64,000 nucleotides of DNA from Nitrospirota bacterium (GTDB lineage Bacteria > Nitrospirota > UBA9217), in assembly GCA_963754875.1 (NCBI GenBank), contig CAVWHO010000020.1, positions 224,001 through 288,000 of the forward strand. Direction: 5' to 3'. Numbering within the stretch: the stretch's first letter is position 1; each line of letters starts with the position of its first letter. The notes below the pieces were generated by a model that did no database searches, had not been told where the DNA came from, and saw only the letters and a list, made by a program, of their open reading frames with translations. Positions 40,853 to 50,879 of the stretch are shown in pieces. The translations under genes and the position numbers were made by a program.

Positions 40853-41860
40853 ATGCAAAAAACAGCCCCAACACGATTGCTTCTTGCCGGAGATATCGGC
40901 GGCACGAAAACACGGCTCGGACTCTTTTTACGTTCTCGGAAAGGTCTCAGCATGGTAGTTTGCCGGACCTTCCCGTCCCGGGACTATAAGGGCCTGGAAA
41001 CCATAATCAGCGAATTCCTGCAAGACTACAGGCAGGTCTCGGCTGCGAGTTTCGGCGTTGCTGGCCCGATTGTCAAGGGAAGCGTACTAGCCACTAATCT
41101 TCCCTGGGCGTTTTCGGAACGCTCCCTCATCCGTTTTCTCGCAATTCCGCATGTCGCACTGATCAACGATCTCGTTGCAAACGCTTACGGCATCACGGTC
41201 CTTTTGGGAAAGGACGTTGCCATTTTGCAGAGAGGCAGGAAGATTCAGGGAAACGTCGCCCTGTTGTCTTCGGGTACGGGGCTCGGCTCTTCCATCCTTT
41301 TCTGGGACGGCGCGAAGCATGTGCCATCTCCTTCCGAGGGAGGACACATTGATTTCGGTCCGAAGAACCGTATCGAGCTGGATCTTCTTGAGTTTCTTTT
41401 TGAACGGTTCGGCCACGTAAGCTATGAACGGATCCTCTCCGGACCCGGGCTCTTGCATATTTATCAGTTCTTGAAATATACACGCAAATACGGCCCTGAG
41501 CCGGCGTGGCTTGCCGATCAATTCCAACATGCAGACCCTGCTGCCGTCATTGCCGAAGCAGCCAGACTCCGGAAGAGCCGCCTCTGCTCCAAGGCGCTGG
41601 ACATGTTCGCTTCCATCTACGGCGCCGCAGCAGGCAACCTCGCGCTTCAGGTCATGGCCATGGAGGGAATCTACCTGGGCGGCGGCATTGCGCCGAAGAT
41701 CATCTGGAAACTGAGAGACGGAACGTTCATGAAGGCATTTACAAGTAAAGGGAGGCTTTCCTCCATTGTCGAGCATATTCCCGTAAAAGTCATCATGAAC
41801 GATAACGCCGCATTGCTCGGAGCTGCCGTCCATGCTGCCCGGCTGATTACGGAGAGATAA
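40853..41860 (+). CDS. glk: Glucokinase
   Basis: AGDIGGTKT, GVAGP, TNLPW, IND, GTGLG, SEGGH, GGIAPK. Confidence 0.92.
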   Translation: MQKTAPTRLLLAGDIGGTKTRLGLFLRSRKGLSMVVCRTFPSRDYKGLETIISEFLQDYRQVSAASFGVAGPIVKGSVLATNLPWAFSERSLIRFLAIPHVALINDLVANAYGITVLLGKDVAILQRGRKIQGNVALLSSGTGLGSSILFWDGAKHVPSPSEGGHIDFGPKNRIELDLLEFLFERFGHVSYERILSGPGLLHIYQFLKYTRKYGPEPAWLADQFQHADPAAVIAEAARLRKSRLCSKALDMFASIYGAAAGNLALQVMAMEGIYLGGGIAPKIIWKLRDGTFMKAFTSKGRLSSIVEHIPVKVIMNDNAALLGAAVHAARLITER

Positions 41861-41915
41861 GATCATAACTCTTGTATGCAGACGTCTCGCTTCTCGCCCA
41901 AGGCTGTACGCGGCA

Positions 41916-42767
41916 ATGCTCCTGATTGTGCTCTGTGTCCGTGCTTCGCTGTCATCCGGAGAAGAACCTGCTCATCCTGTTGACCGTGCGTATCAGAAGG
42001 TTCAACAGCCCGGCGAATCACAACAGCAAGCAACAGTTGCACTGGATAAGGAGTATTTCATCGGGTATTGGTCTGACACAAAAAACATCCTGACCTCTCC
42101 GGGCAGATGGGAATCATCGGACTGGATTACAGCATCTCTGGTGACCGGCGCAGCAGCAGGACTGTTCACGCAGGACGACAAAATCAAGACGTGGGTGCAA
42201 AAAAACAAAACCGGTTCCACTTCACACCTGGCTGATGGTACCTCGAAGATGTATACATACTCCTTCCCAGCCATTGCAGGACTCGGTGTGTACGGGTATT
42301 TGGCCGCAGATCAAAAAGCAACGACTGCGTTTTTGCTCGGGACGGAGAGCGCCATTATCACGGCCGTTTTTGTCCAGAGCTTAAAGCGTTCGACCGGAAG
42401 GCACCGGCCTTATACGGGCGACTCGCACGATACATGGTCCGGTCCGACCCTTTCCGGCCACAATGACCATTTGTCGTTCCCCTCCGGAGACGCTTCAACG
42501 GCCTTTGCGATGGCGTCTGTCGTGGCTTCCGAATACGACAACATGATAGTGCCGCCCCTGGTTTACACGGTGTCAGTGCTCGTGGCTCTCGAGCGTGTGT
42601 ATAACAACGCCCACTGGTCTTCCGATGTATTCCTCGGCTCGGCCATCGGTTATTTTACCGGGAAGGCGATTGTACGGTATCACACGGGCATGAGAGAAAC
42701 CCATTTGTCGATCGTGCCTCTGGTAAACGGAAAAGAACTGGGTTGTCTTTTGTCTTACCAGTACTAA
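41916..42767 (+). CDS. PAP2-family phosphatase-like protein
   Basis: K...GRHRP, SFPSGD, R....HWSSDV. Confidence 0.8.
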   Translation: MLLIVLCVRASLSSGEEPAHPVDRAYQKVQQPGESQQQATVALDKEYFIGYWSDTKNILTSPGRWESSDWITASLVTGAAAGLFTQDDKIKTWVQKNKTGSTSHLADGTSKMYTYSFPAIAGLGVYGYLAADQKATTAFLLGTESAIITAVFVQSLKRSTGRHRPYTGDSHDTWSGPTLSGHNDHLSFPSGDASTAFAMASVVASEYDNMIVPPLVYTVSVLVALERVYNNAHWSSDVFLGSAIGYFTGKAIVRYHTGMRETHLSIVPLVNGKELGCLLSYQY

Positions 42768-43055
42768 TGCAGGGACGGGGACCGAGGAAAAATTTGCTGA
42801 TATATATCAGGTTTTATTTTATGTATTCTTTGACATGCATTTTATCTCTCGTTGCCGCATAAGAATAAGGAATGGACACATTGAGCACCGCCTCTGTGCC
42901 GTACTTTTCGGACAAACAATAAGGAAACCGGCCAATGCTTACCACCGGATGCGGCTGGGCCTTTATAAAAAAATACCTACTGCATGGCTCAAGTGGCAGC
43001 GGTCGTGATATCTGGCCGATAGCTCTTTTACTCCTACTCTTATCGGAGACGAACG

Positions 43056-44243
43056 ATGATCAACATTAAGGACATCCAGCAGGCAGGAAAAGACATAGCA
43101 GCTTATATTCATAAAACGCCGTTGATCCGCTCCAACGCCCTGAGTGGGCTTGCCGGCGCCGACGTTTACCTGAAGCTTGAAAACCTGCAAAAGACGGGCT
43201 CCTTTAAAGTGCGGGGGGCGTTCAATAAAATGCTCCATGTGCCGCAGGGGAGGGTGGTTGCTGCATCCATGGGCAATCATGCGCAGGCCGTTGCCTTTGC
43301 ATCATACCAACTCGGCAAAAAGGCGACAATCGTGATGCCCGCGACCGTTTCCCTGGTAAAGGAGGAAGCGACCAGAGGGTATCATGCCGACGTCATTCTC
43401 TTCGGCGAAGGATTCAAAGACGCCCTGGAACATGCCTTACAGCAGAAAGACGCTGCTTTCATCCATGCATTCGATGACGATGAGGTCATTGCCGGTCAGG
43501 GGACCATCGCGCTCGAAATCTTTGAAGAGCTGGAAAACGTCGATGCGGTATTCGTGCCAGTGGGCGGGGGCGGGCTTGTCAGCGGGATCGCGACGGCAGT
43601 GAAGGCGTTGTCCCCGAAGACCGCGGTGATCGGCGTCCAGGCCGAGGCGGCGCCTGCTGCACGGTTGTCACATCAGGGAAAAAAAATTGTTGAGCAGCTG
43701 CCGCTCCCCACGATCGCAGACGGGATTGCCGTCGCGCGGCTGGGCGAGAAGACCTATGAGCTCATCAACAATTATGTCGATGATATCTACCTCGTCTCAG
43801 AGGGAACAATTGCCCGATCCATCCTTCTCTTCCTCGAACGCAAGAAGCTCGTTGTAGAAGGCGCGGGGGCGGTAACGCTCGCGGCCCTGATGGAGAACCG
43901 AACGCGGTTTGAGAACAAGCGGGTGGTACTTATCTTGAGCGGCGGAAACATCGATTTCACGATCATCGACAGAATCATCAGGAAAGGACTTGTCACCAGC
44001 AACAGGATAGGGGTATTTGAAGTGGTCCTCGACGATATTGCCGGCAGTCTACATGACGTGATCGACATTATCGCATCCCTTCGCGCCAACGTTCTCGATA
44101 TCCTTCACGACCGGCTCGCGCCGGACCTTCCTATCGGGAAGGCAAAGGTCGTGTTTACCGTGGAAATCCGTGGCAAGAAGCATCTCGAAAAAATATTTGA
44201 GGACCTCGCGGGAAAAGGTTATGCCGTAGGAGAAAGAAAATGA
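43056..44243 (+). CDS. ilvA: Threonine ammonia-lyase with ACT domain
   Basis: KLENLQKTGSFKVRGA, SMGNHAQ, AGQGT, VGGGGL, SGGNID. Confidence 0.92.
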   Translation: MINIKDIQQAGKDIAAYIHKTPLIRSNALSGLAGADVYLKLENLQKTGSFKVRGAFNKMLHVPQGRVVAASMGNHAQAVAFASYQLGKKATIVMPATVSLVKEEATRGYHADVILFGEGFKDALEHALQQKDAAFIHAFDDDEVIAGQGTIALEIFEELENVDAVFVPVGGGGLVSGIATAVKALSPKTAVIGVQAEAAPAARLSHQGKKIVEQLPLPTIADGIAVARLGEKTYELINNYVDDIYLVSEGTIARSILLFLERKKLVVEGAGAVTLAALMENRTRFENKRVVLILSGGNIDFTIIDRIIRKGLVTSNRIGVFEVVLDDIAGSLHDVIDIIASLRANVLDILHDRLAPDLPIGKAKVVFTVEIRGKKHLEKIFEDLAGKGYAVGERK

Positions 44244-44290
44244 ATGGATAGCTATCGGGGAAACAGCCGTTCTGCTATACTTAACAAAGT

Positions 44291-44953
44291 ATGAAATTGT
44301 CTGACAGGATCCTCTCGGGTCATCCGATCACGATGAAACAAAAACGAGAGACAGGATTGCATATCAATATTCTACCAGGCGAATACTATTCCGCAAGGGA
44401 ACCCGTCACGATACGCACGCTCCTCGGGTCCTGCGTTGCCGCTTGCCTCTATGACCCGGTGAACAAGGTGATCGGCATGAACCATTTTCTTCTGAGCAAT
44501 CGGAGATATGCACGGAACATGCCCGTGGTTTTGAGCGAAGCAGGCCGCTACGGCATCCACGCCATGGAGCTTTTGATCAACGATATGCTGAAGCTCGGCG
44601 CGAAGCGGACCAACCTGCGCGCGAAAGTTTTCGGCGGCGGGTCCATTTGTCTTGCCTCCGAAGCGAGAGACAATTTTTTCTGCGTCGGCGAGGTGAATAT
44701 CCGTTTCATTCGTGAGTTCCTGAAAAATGACGGCATACCGCTTGTTGCCGAAGACCTGGGAGGCGAGAAAGCGCGCATAATCCATTTTCTCTTTGACGAC
44801 TATTCGGTTCACGTGAAGAAAATCGGAACAACAACTGCGCCCAAACTGGCTTTGACCGAGCGGCAGTTCTGGCTCAGGGGCATAGAGGAGCATGAACGCG
44901 CAAAACCCCAGGCGGAAGTGTGGGAAAAACAACAAGGTGTCGAGTCTTCATGA
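44291..44953 (+). CDS. cheD: Chemoreceptor glutamine deamidase CheD
   Basis: TLLGSCVAACLYD, GMNHFLL, RYG..AME.LIN, AKVFGG, DLGG. Confidence 0.92.
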   Translation: MKLSDRILSGHPITMKQKRETGLHINILPGEYYSAREPVTIRTLLGSCVAACLYDPVNKVIGMNHFLLSNRRYARNMPVVLSEAGRYGIHAMELLINDMLKLGAKRTNLRAKVFGGGSICLASEARDNFFCVGEVNIRFIREFLKNDGIPLVAEDLGGEKARIIHFLFDDYSVHVKKIGTTTAPKLALTERQFWLRGIEEHERAKPQAEVWEKQQGVESS

Positions 44954-45817
44954 TTATTTGCTCAATAGCTTATACACGGCAGAAAAGTCCATTTCCCCGA
45001 GGCCATTCTTTATTGCCAGCGCATAGATTTCTTTGGCCGCGTTAGCAGCAGGTAATGCCACGCCCGTCTCGTAGGCCGTGTCTGCGGCCAGATGCAGGTC
45101 TTTGTGCATCCACTGGAGAGGAAACTCAGTCTCGAACTTACCCTCTTCTATCTTAGAACGTTTCAAAGCGAGAAAGGGAGCAGCAACCGGGGAGGCAGAC
45201 AAGGTAGTGAAGAGCTGCTCTTTGCTGATTCCGAGCGCTTCTCCAAGCACGAGCGCTTCTGAAAACGCCACCATGGCCTGGCCAAGCATGATGTTGTTCA
45301 CCATCTTCATGGCTGTACCCATGCCCTGTCCGCCCACATGAAACACGGCTTTACCCATGGCTTCGAGGAGGGGACGCGCTTCTTCCACATCCTTTTTCTC
45401 TCCGCCTACAAAGAAGAGGAGTTGGCCCTGTTCGGCCGGGATCTTGGAACCGGCGACCGGCGCGTCGATGAACCTGACCTTGCGCTGCTTTGCTTCGTTC
45501 GCCACAAGCTTCGAAAATGAAGGATTAACGGTACTACAGTCGATCCAGAGCGAATCCGGGGCAAGGCTTCCCAGGAAGCCATTCTTGTCGAGCAAAGCCG
45601 TTTCAGCCACGGCGTCGGGTTTTGCAAGCATGGTGATAACGACCTTGACCTTCTTTGCCAGATCTGCAGGCGACGGTGACCACTGTGCACCCATTGCGAG
45701 CAGCGGATCAGCCTTTTCTTTGGTCCTGTTATGGACGACCAACTCATGTCCCTTTTTCTGCAGGTTTGCCGCCATGCGGCTTCCCATGATTCCCAGGCCG
45801 ATAAATCCGACTTTCAT
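44954..45817 (-). CDS. NAD(P)-dependent beta-hydroxyacid dehydrogenase (3-hydroxyisobutyrate dehydrogenase/GarR family)
   Basis: GFIGLGIMG, DAPVAGS, MKMVNN, KDL. Confidence 0.9.
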   Translation of the reverse strand: MKVGFIGLGIMGSRMAANLQKKGHELVVHNRTKEKADPLLAMGAQWSPSPADLAKKVKVVITMLAKPDAVAETALLDKNGFLGSLAPDSLWIDCSTVNPSFSKLVANEAKQRKVRFIDAPVAGSKIPAEQGQLLFFVGGEKKDVEEARPLLEAMGKAVFHVGGQGMGTAMKMVNNIMLGQAMVAFSEALVLGEALGISKEQLFTTLSASPVAAPFLALKRSKIEEGKFETEFPLQWMHKDLHLAADTAYETGVALPAANAAKEIYALAIKNGLGEMDFSAVYKLLSK

Positions 45818-46356
45818 AGAGCCCTCCTGTTTGAAAGCGATTCTTAAATCCCGCCCCAACATCCGTCGCAAGGCTAAGGACGTCTTTCCCGCACTTCTCC
45901 CTTGTCAACTTTCTTCTGTTGCTGTTCCGGTTTTCTGATAATGATGCGCGGTTCACGCATCTTCCGGACCGGGAGATTTTCCGGCGGCTGAGATCGGAAA
46001 ACCGATGCTTCCCGCTCCTTTATCAGTCTCCGCTCGTTCTTCAAAACTTCGGGCTGAATTTTCCGGAACCGTTCCGGCGGCAGAGTCTGATTGTCCGGCA
46101 GGACGTTGGAGAATTGACTACGGCGCTGAACCCGCCTGCTGTGGTTTCTCCGGGTTCACCTGGGGACGGCGCTCAGTGACTTCAGGCCGAATAGGTTCCC
46201 GCTCAGAAATCGGTGGATGGTCTCCTCACCTTCTTTATTGGTATTTTACCTTATTTGACCGATGATTGTCCAACAAGTTGAATTTATCATGCCGCAATAA
46301 ACAAAATTTTTATGCAGCAACTTGACTTTGGCGCCATATTTGGTAAGAATTACTTT

Positions 46357-47202
46357 ATGAAAAGGAAAATCCTCATGACCGCATTTATCATCGCTCTCAG
46401 TATCGCCATGAGTGTGGGTATGACCCCTGCCAACGATGTCTTGCGTGTAAGCGACAACACAGTTACAACGTTCAAAGAGATGATCCGCGATGCGAAAAAG
46501 ACCAACCTCATTTTTGTCGGTGAAATCCATGACATCCCGGAATATCACCGGCTGGAGCTTAAAGTGATCAAGGCGCTCCATGAGTCTGATGCGCCGCTGG
46601 TCATCGGACTGGAAATGTTCAGGGCTGACAGCCAAAAAGCGCTGGACAATTGGGTGAACGGCGGTTTGTCGCTCGACAATTTCCTGCCTATTTATTATGA
46701 TAACTGGCGGCAGGGCTGGCCGTTGTACAAAGATATCTTTTCCTATGCACGCGAGCACCGGATATCCATGATCGGGCTGAACATTCCCGATGAGATCGCA
46801 AAAACAGTAGCGCGCAAGGGTTTTACGTCACTCACCACAAATGAGAAAAAACAGTTGCCCCCGGGCATCAGCTGCGATATCGACCCGACTTACATGGAAT
46901 TCATCAAAAAAGCTTACGCAGGTCATGCGCGAGCGGTGGATAAAAAATTTCTAAACTTTTGCGAAGCGCAGATGGTGTGGGACAAGAGTATGGCCTGGCA
47001 CCTTATTGAATATCTAAAAAAACATCCCGGTAAGACCGTGATTGTCCTTGCAGGCGTAGGACATGCATGGAAACGCGGCATTCCTGAACAGGTGTCCCGG
47101 CTTTCGAAGTATACGTCCACCGTCATTCTGCCGCTCATCCCGGACCAGGTGGAACTGGAGAGCATTACCCTTCAGGATGCGGACTATGTAGTGCTTCGTT
47201 AA
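46357..47202 (+). CDS. ChaN/PhuW-family (heme-uptake-associated) secreted protein
   Basis: FVGEIHD, GLEMF, AQMVWD..MA, LAG.GH...GIP. Confidence 0.82.
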   Translation: MKRKILMTAFIIALSIAMSVGMTPANDVLRVSDNTVTTFKEMIRDAKKTNLIFVGEIHDIPEYHRLELKVIKALHESDAPLVIGLEMFRADSQKALDNWVNGGLSLDNFLPIYYDNWRQGWPLYKDIFSYAREHRISMIGLNIPDEIAKTVARKGFTSLTTNEKKQLPPGISCDIDPTYMEFIKKAYAGHARAVDKKFLNFCEAQMVWDKSMAWHLIEYLKKHPGKTVIVLAGVGHAWKRGIPEQVSRLSKYTSTVILPLIPDQVELESITLQDADYVVLR

Positions 47203-47239
47203 CGAAGGAGAACACCTCTCGGCCCTTATCACCCGTCGA

Positions 47240-47524
47240 TTATTTTATCTTCTTGATGAATTCCTCAACAGGGACGGCGGGGAGGGACATAAGCTGCACC
47301 GACCCTCGCGAACCGATCTCAACGGACATCCTCATGACGGTTTCGTTGTCGGGCGCTTCGACTACATTCACAAAATCGTAAGGTCCCATCACGACATACT
47401 GCCTCAGTATTTTTACTCCCATTGCCTCGATCTCCCGGTTGACTTCCTGGATCCGTTCAGGCTTTTGCTTGATGGTCCTTCTCCCTTCGTCTGTCAGGTT
47501 GCTCAGAATGACATAATACGGCAT
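47240..47524 (-). CDS. GYD-domain protein
   Basis: LTDEG..TIK, MGPYDFV.VVEAPD; SD aaggagg. Confidence 0.85.
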   Translation of the reverse strand: MPYYVILSNLTDEGRRTIKQKPERIQEVNREIEAMGVKILRQYVVMGPYDFVNVVEAPDNETVMRMSVEIGSRGSVQLMSLPAVPVEEFIKKIK

Positions 47525-47792
47525 AGTTATTCCCTCCTTTTTAATTAGCATTAATGGGGTATCCACTTCGCTCAGGTAACCCCAATATGTAGAAACGTAT
47601 TCTGACAGAACCACTCGGGCATGTCGTGCTAAACGAATGAAATATTGTCTCTCCTGAGGATCTAATCGGGTGCCTGGTGTTAAGTACTTCACAAGCAATT
47701 GTAGCTACCTGAGTCAAGGGGATACCCACCTTAGCATTTTTACCCAGAGAAAAGACCGGTTGATACTTTTGATTTCTGATGTAATCATCTTT

Positions 47793-47924
47793 GATGAACT
47801 CGTAAAAAGTCGTCATTCCCGCTTATCGGGAATCATGTTGCCATTCAACACTCTGATAAAATACGATTCCGGACAAGCCGGAATGACGGTCCTTCGGCGA
47901 TTTTAGACTTTTTACGAAACCGTC
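47793..47924. repeat. MITE/REP-like nested palindromic element
   Basis: Outer inverted repeat gatgaactcgtaaaaagtc / gactttttacgaaaccgtc enclosing gtcattcccgc...gggaatc and gattccgg...ccggaatgac. Confidence 0.7.
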
Positions 47925-48181
47925 ATCTTTTTATTCCTATTTAATTATAACTGATTTTGCATAGCCCATGGTAAGGCATTTAATTAATGTGACGATCGTC
48001 CCTGAACAGTTCCAGTCATCCCCCAGACGGAATCTGAATTTGCTCCCCTGGACATCAACTCGGTGATCAAAGAAGGATGTAAGATGATTCACCTTGCCAT
48101 TCATGTCAAGTTGTGATATCTAAAGGTTAGAGATGAAAAGCGATCAGACCTCGGTCAATCGCTCACTGGTCCTGAACCGAG

Positions 48182-49381
48182 ATGAACAACACTCAAAAAT
48201 TATCCTCCCTTCAGGTATTTAAAGCATTTCTTAAGCTCGGTCTGACCTCCTTTGGCGGTCCGGTCGCACATCTCGGCTATTTTCGTGATGAGTTCGTCGC
48301 TCGACGCAAATGTTTGAGCGAGCCTGCCTATGCCGATCTCGTAGCCTTATGTCAGTTTCTTCCCGGACCGGCAAGCAGCCAGGTGGGTATAGGAATCGGC
48401 CTTTCTCAGGCAGGGATAGGCGGTGCTTTCGCAGCATGGGCCGGTTTTACGTTGCCATCGGCGTTGGCCCTTATCCTTTTCGCGTATGGCGTTACCGCAT
48501 TAAAAGGCGGGGTCGAACATATCGGTTGGCTCCACGGCCTGAAGGTCGTGGCGGTAGCGGTGGTGGCCCAGGCCATTTGGGGAATGGCAAAGGCATTGTG
48601 TCCTGACCGGTCCCGGGGAACGGCAGCCATCCTGGCAGCCGTTTTCATGCTGGCATGGCCGAGCTCGTGGGCGCAGATCGTGATGATTCTCCTGGGTGCG
48701 TTGTTCGGGTTGGTGTTTCTAAAAGTGGATACGGTCTCCGACCATACCTCCCTAGATATCCCGATCAGCCGCGTTGTAGCAGTATCCCTCCTGGGCCTGT
48801 TTGGTGCTCTCCTCATTGTCATTCCGCTATTCGCCAGCCAAGTTCCAAATCATACCCTTACGCTGATCGACAGGTTTTACAGGACCGGCTCCTTAGTCTT
48901 CGGCGGAGGCCATGTAGTCCTACCGTTGTTGCAAGCTGCGGTTGTATCTCCGGGCTGGATCAGTAAGGACCTGTTTCTGGCTGGTTACGGGGCCGCTCAA
49001 GCAGTACCTGGTCCGCTCTTCACGTTCTCCGCCTATCTTGGTGCAGTGATGCAACCCGGCCCCAGTGCTTGGGTCGATGGGATTATTTGCCTGGTTGCTA
49101 TTTTTCTGCCGTCTTTTCTCCTCGTTCTCGGGATACTTCCCTTTTGGGAGAAGCTGCGCAGAAGAAAAGGCGTGCGCAGCGCCTTGATGGGGGTGAACGC
49201 CGCGGTTGTCGGGCTTTTGTTGGCAGTGTTCTACGACACGGTATGGACCAGCGGCATCATTTCTGCAAGAGATTTTATTCTCGGACTTGTCGCCTTCGGC
49301 CTCCTTTCCCTCTGGAAAGTCCCGCCGTGGCTGGTAGTCGCGGTCACTGCCCTCGGGAGCGCAGCATTAGCTGCGATATAG
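48182..49381 (+). CDS. chrA: Chromate efflux transporter (CHR family)
   Basis: SFGGPVAHLG, CQFLPGPASSQ, FGGGHVVLPLL, AQAVPGPLF. Confidence 0.93.
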   Translation: MNNTQKLSSLQVFKAFLKLGLTSFGGPVAHLGYFRDEFVARRKCLSEPAYADLVALCQFLPGPASSQVGIGIGLSQAGIGGAFAAWAGFTLPSALALILFAYGVTALKGGVEHIGWLHGLKVVAVAVVAQAIWGMAKALCPDRSRGTAAILAAVFMLAWPSSWAQIVMILLGALFGLVFLKVDTVSDHTSLDIPISRVVAVSLLGLFGALLIVIPLFASQVPNHTLTLIDRFYRTGSLVFGGGHVVLPLLQAAVVSPGWISKDLFLAGYGAAQAVPGPLFTFSAYLGAVMQPGPSAWVDGIICLVAIFLPSFLLVLGILPFWEKLRRRKGVRSALMGVNAAVVGLLLAVFYDTVWTSGIISARDFILGLVAFGLLSLWKVPPWLVVAVTALGSAALAAI

Positions 49382-49421
49382 CCGGCACAATTGAGCGAGC
49401 ACGTAACTCAAGGAGAATGAC

Positions 49422-50213
49422 ATGCACCATAAACCCATCGAAAGCAGCTGCTGGTTGCCGGCTTTTTTTATCGTATTTCTGTTGTTAGCCGCCTTTTTCC
49501 CGGCTGCGGCATGGGCAGGCCCACCATTCGTTACCGATGATCCCGAGCCCGTTGAGTACCATCACGGGGAATTCTACCTCTCTTCCCAATATGCGAACAA
49601 CAAGGGCGGACAGGAAGGGACCTTGCCCCATTTCGAGTACAACTACGGAGTACTCCCCGATGTCCAATTGCATCTCCTTGTCCCAATCGCTTTTGTCCAT
49701 CCGAATGGAGGACCGACCGTGTACGGCCTTGGCGATACAGAGGTTGGGGTAAAGTATCGCTTTGTCCATGAGACGGACACATTACCTCAAGCGGGCACCT
49801 TCCCAATTGTGCACATCCCTACCGGGGGCAGCGATCGCGGCCTCGGGAACGGCCATGTTCCTTTGTTCCTGCCGATCTGGGTCCAGAAAAGCTGGGGACC
49901 ATGGACGACCTACGGCGGCGGTGGTTATTGGAACAATCCCGGCAAAGACAACAAGAACTTTTGGCAACTTGGCTGGCTGGTGCAGCGTGACATTACCAAA
50001 GCGATCACTCTGGGCGCTGAGGTATTCTATTTCGGCAAAGATACGGCCGATGGCCGTGATAGGACAGGTTGCAACGTCGGCGGCATCTTTAACTTGAGCG
50101 AAGAACATCACATCCTTTTCTCGGGAGGGAGTGATATTACGGGAGACAACAGATTATCTCTCTATCTCGGCTACCAATGGACCTTCGGGCCTCATGGGGA
50201 AGAAAACAATTAA
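49422..50213 (+). CDS. Putative outer-membrane beta-barrel transporter
   Basis: Signal peptide, AGPPFVTDDPEPV, GLGDTEVGVKYRF, C-terminal YLGYQWTF. Confidence 0.7.
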   Translation: MHHKPIESSCWLPAFFIVFLLLAAFFPAAAWAGPPFVTDDPEPVEYHHGEFYLSSQYANNKGGQEGTLPHFEYNYGVLPDVQLHLLVPIAFVHPNGGPTVYGLGDTEVGVKYRFVHETDTLPQAGTFPIVHIPTGGSDRGLGNGHVPLFLPIWVQKSWGPWTTYGGGGYWNNPGKDNKNFWQLGWLVQRDITKAITLGAEVFYFGKDTADGRDRTGCNVGGIFNLSEEHHILFSGGSDITGDNRLSLYLGYQWTFGPHGEENN

Positions 50214-50385
50214 GGACACGCTTTATGAACAGCATATAGCAAGGATGCGAGAGCCAATTTTCTCGATCAATAACTTACTTGCCATGACGCTATAATGATT
50301 CATCTTGCCTTTCTCATGAAGTTATGCTATATAAACTATAGAGGGAATCGATCGAATGATCGCTTGATAATAACGGCAGGGGACG

Positions 50386-50574
50386 ATGAAGTCAGAAACG
50401 GGCAAATCGAAGAAACAACACCAGACGACGAGTTCAAAAATGAAGCCTACCTGTGGAACCCTGTCGTATCTTGCTGAATGCCGGGGCATAACGAAAAAAA
50501 CCGATCTGTCCCGGTGGGCAGCGCCGCCGGACAGTATCAATAAAATCGTTCGCAAGTATCCCGCCGACTCATAA
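50386..50574 (+). CDS. Possible small basic protein (62 aa)
   Basis: SD-like agggga before the ATG; stop codon lies in a terminator hairpin; no family recognised. Confidence 0.4.
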   Translation: MKSETGKSKKQHQTTSSKMKPTCGTLSYLAECRGITKKTDLSRWAAPPDSINKIVRKYPADS

Positions 50575-50589
50575 GACGGCGGGTTTTTT
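50560..50589 (+). terminator. Rho-independent terminator upstream of the cooT-like gene
   Basis: cccgccg-N10-cggcggg followed by T6. Confidence 0.75.
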
Positions 50590-50628
50590 ATTTTCAAGCT
50601 GTTTCAGAGAAAGGACGAGGACTAAACC

Positions 50629-50817
50629 GTGTGCGACTTAAAGGCTTATGTAAAAAAGGACGATAAAGAAGAGCTGCTGCTCGAGTCGGTCAATCTCATT
50701 CGAGCGGAACATGGCGAGGTGACTGTCAGGAACCTCTTCGGGGAAGAAAGGAAAGTTCGCGGAGAAGTACGCGAAGTCTCGCTCGCCAAGAACCGCCTTC
50801 TTGTGGAACAGGTTTGA
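50629..50817 (+). CDS. CooT-family nickel-binding protein
   Basis: MC..KAY....EELLLESV......V..RNLFGE; 62 aa; Cys2. Confidence 0.8.
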   Translation: MCDLKAYVKKDDKEELLLESVNLIRAEHGEVTVRNLFGEERKVRGEVREVSLAKNRLLVEQV

Positions 50818-50879
50818 TCGGTTCGTCGTGCTTATCTGTAACAGTTCTCTCATTCAGCATGTCGCTGAATGAATCAATA

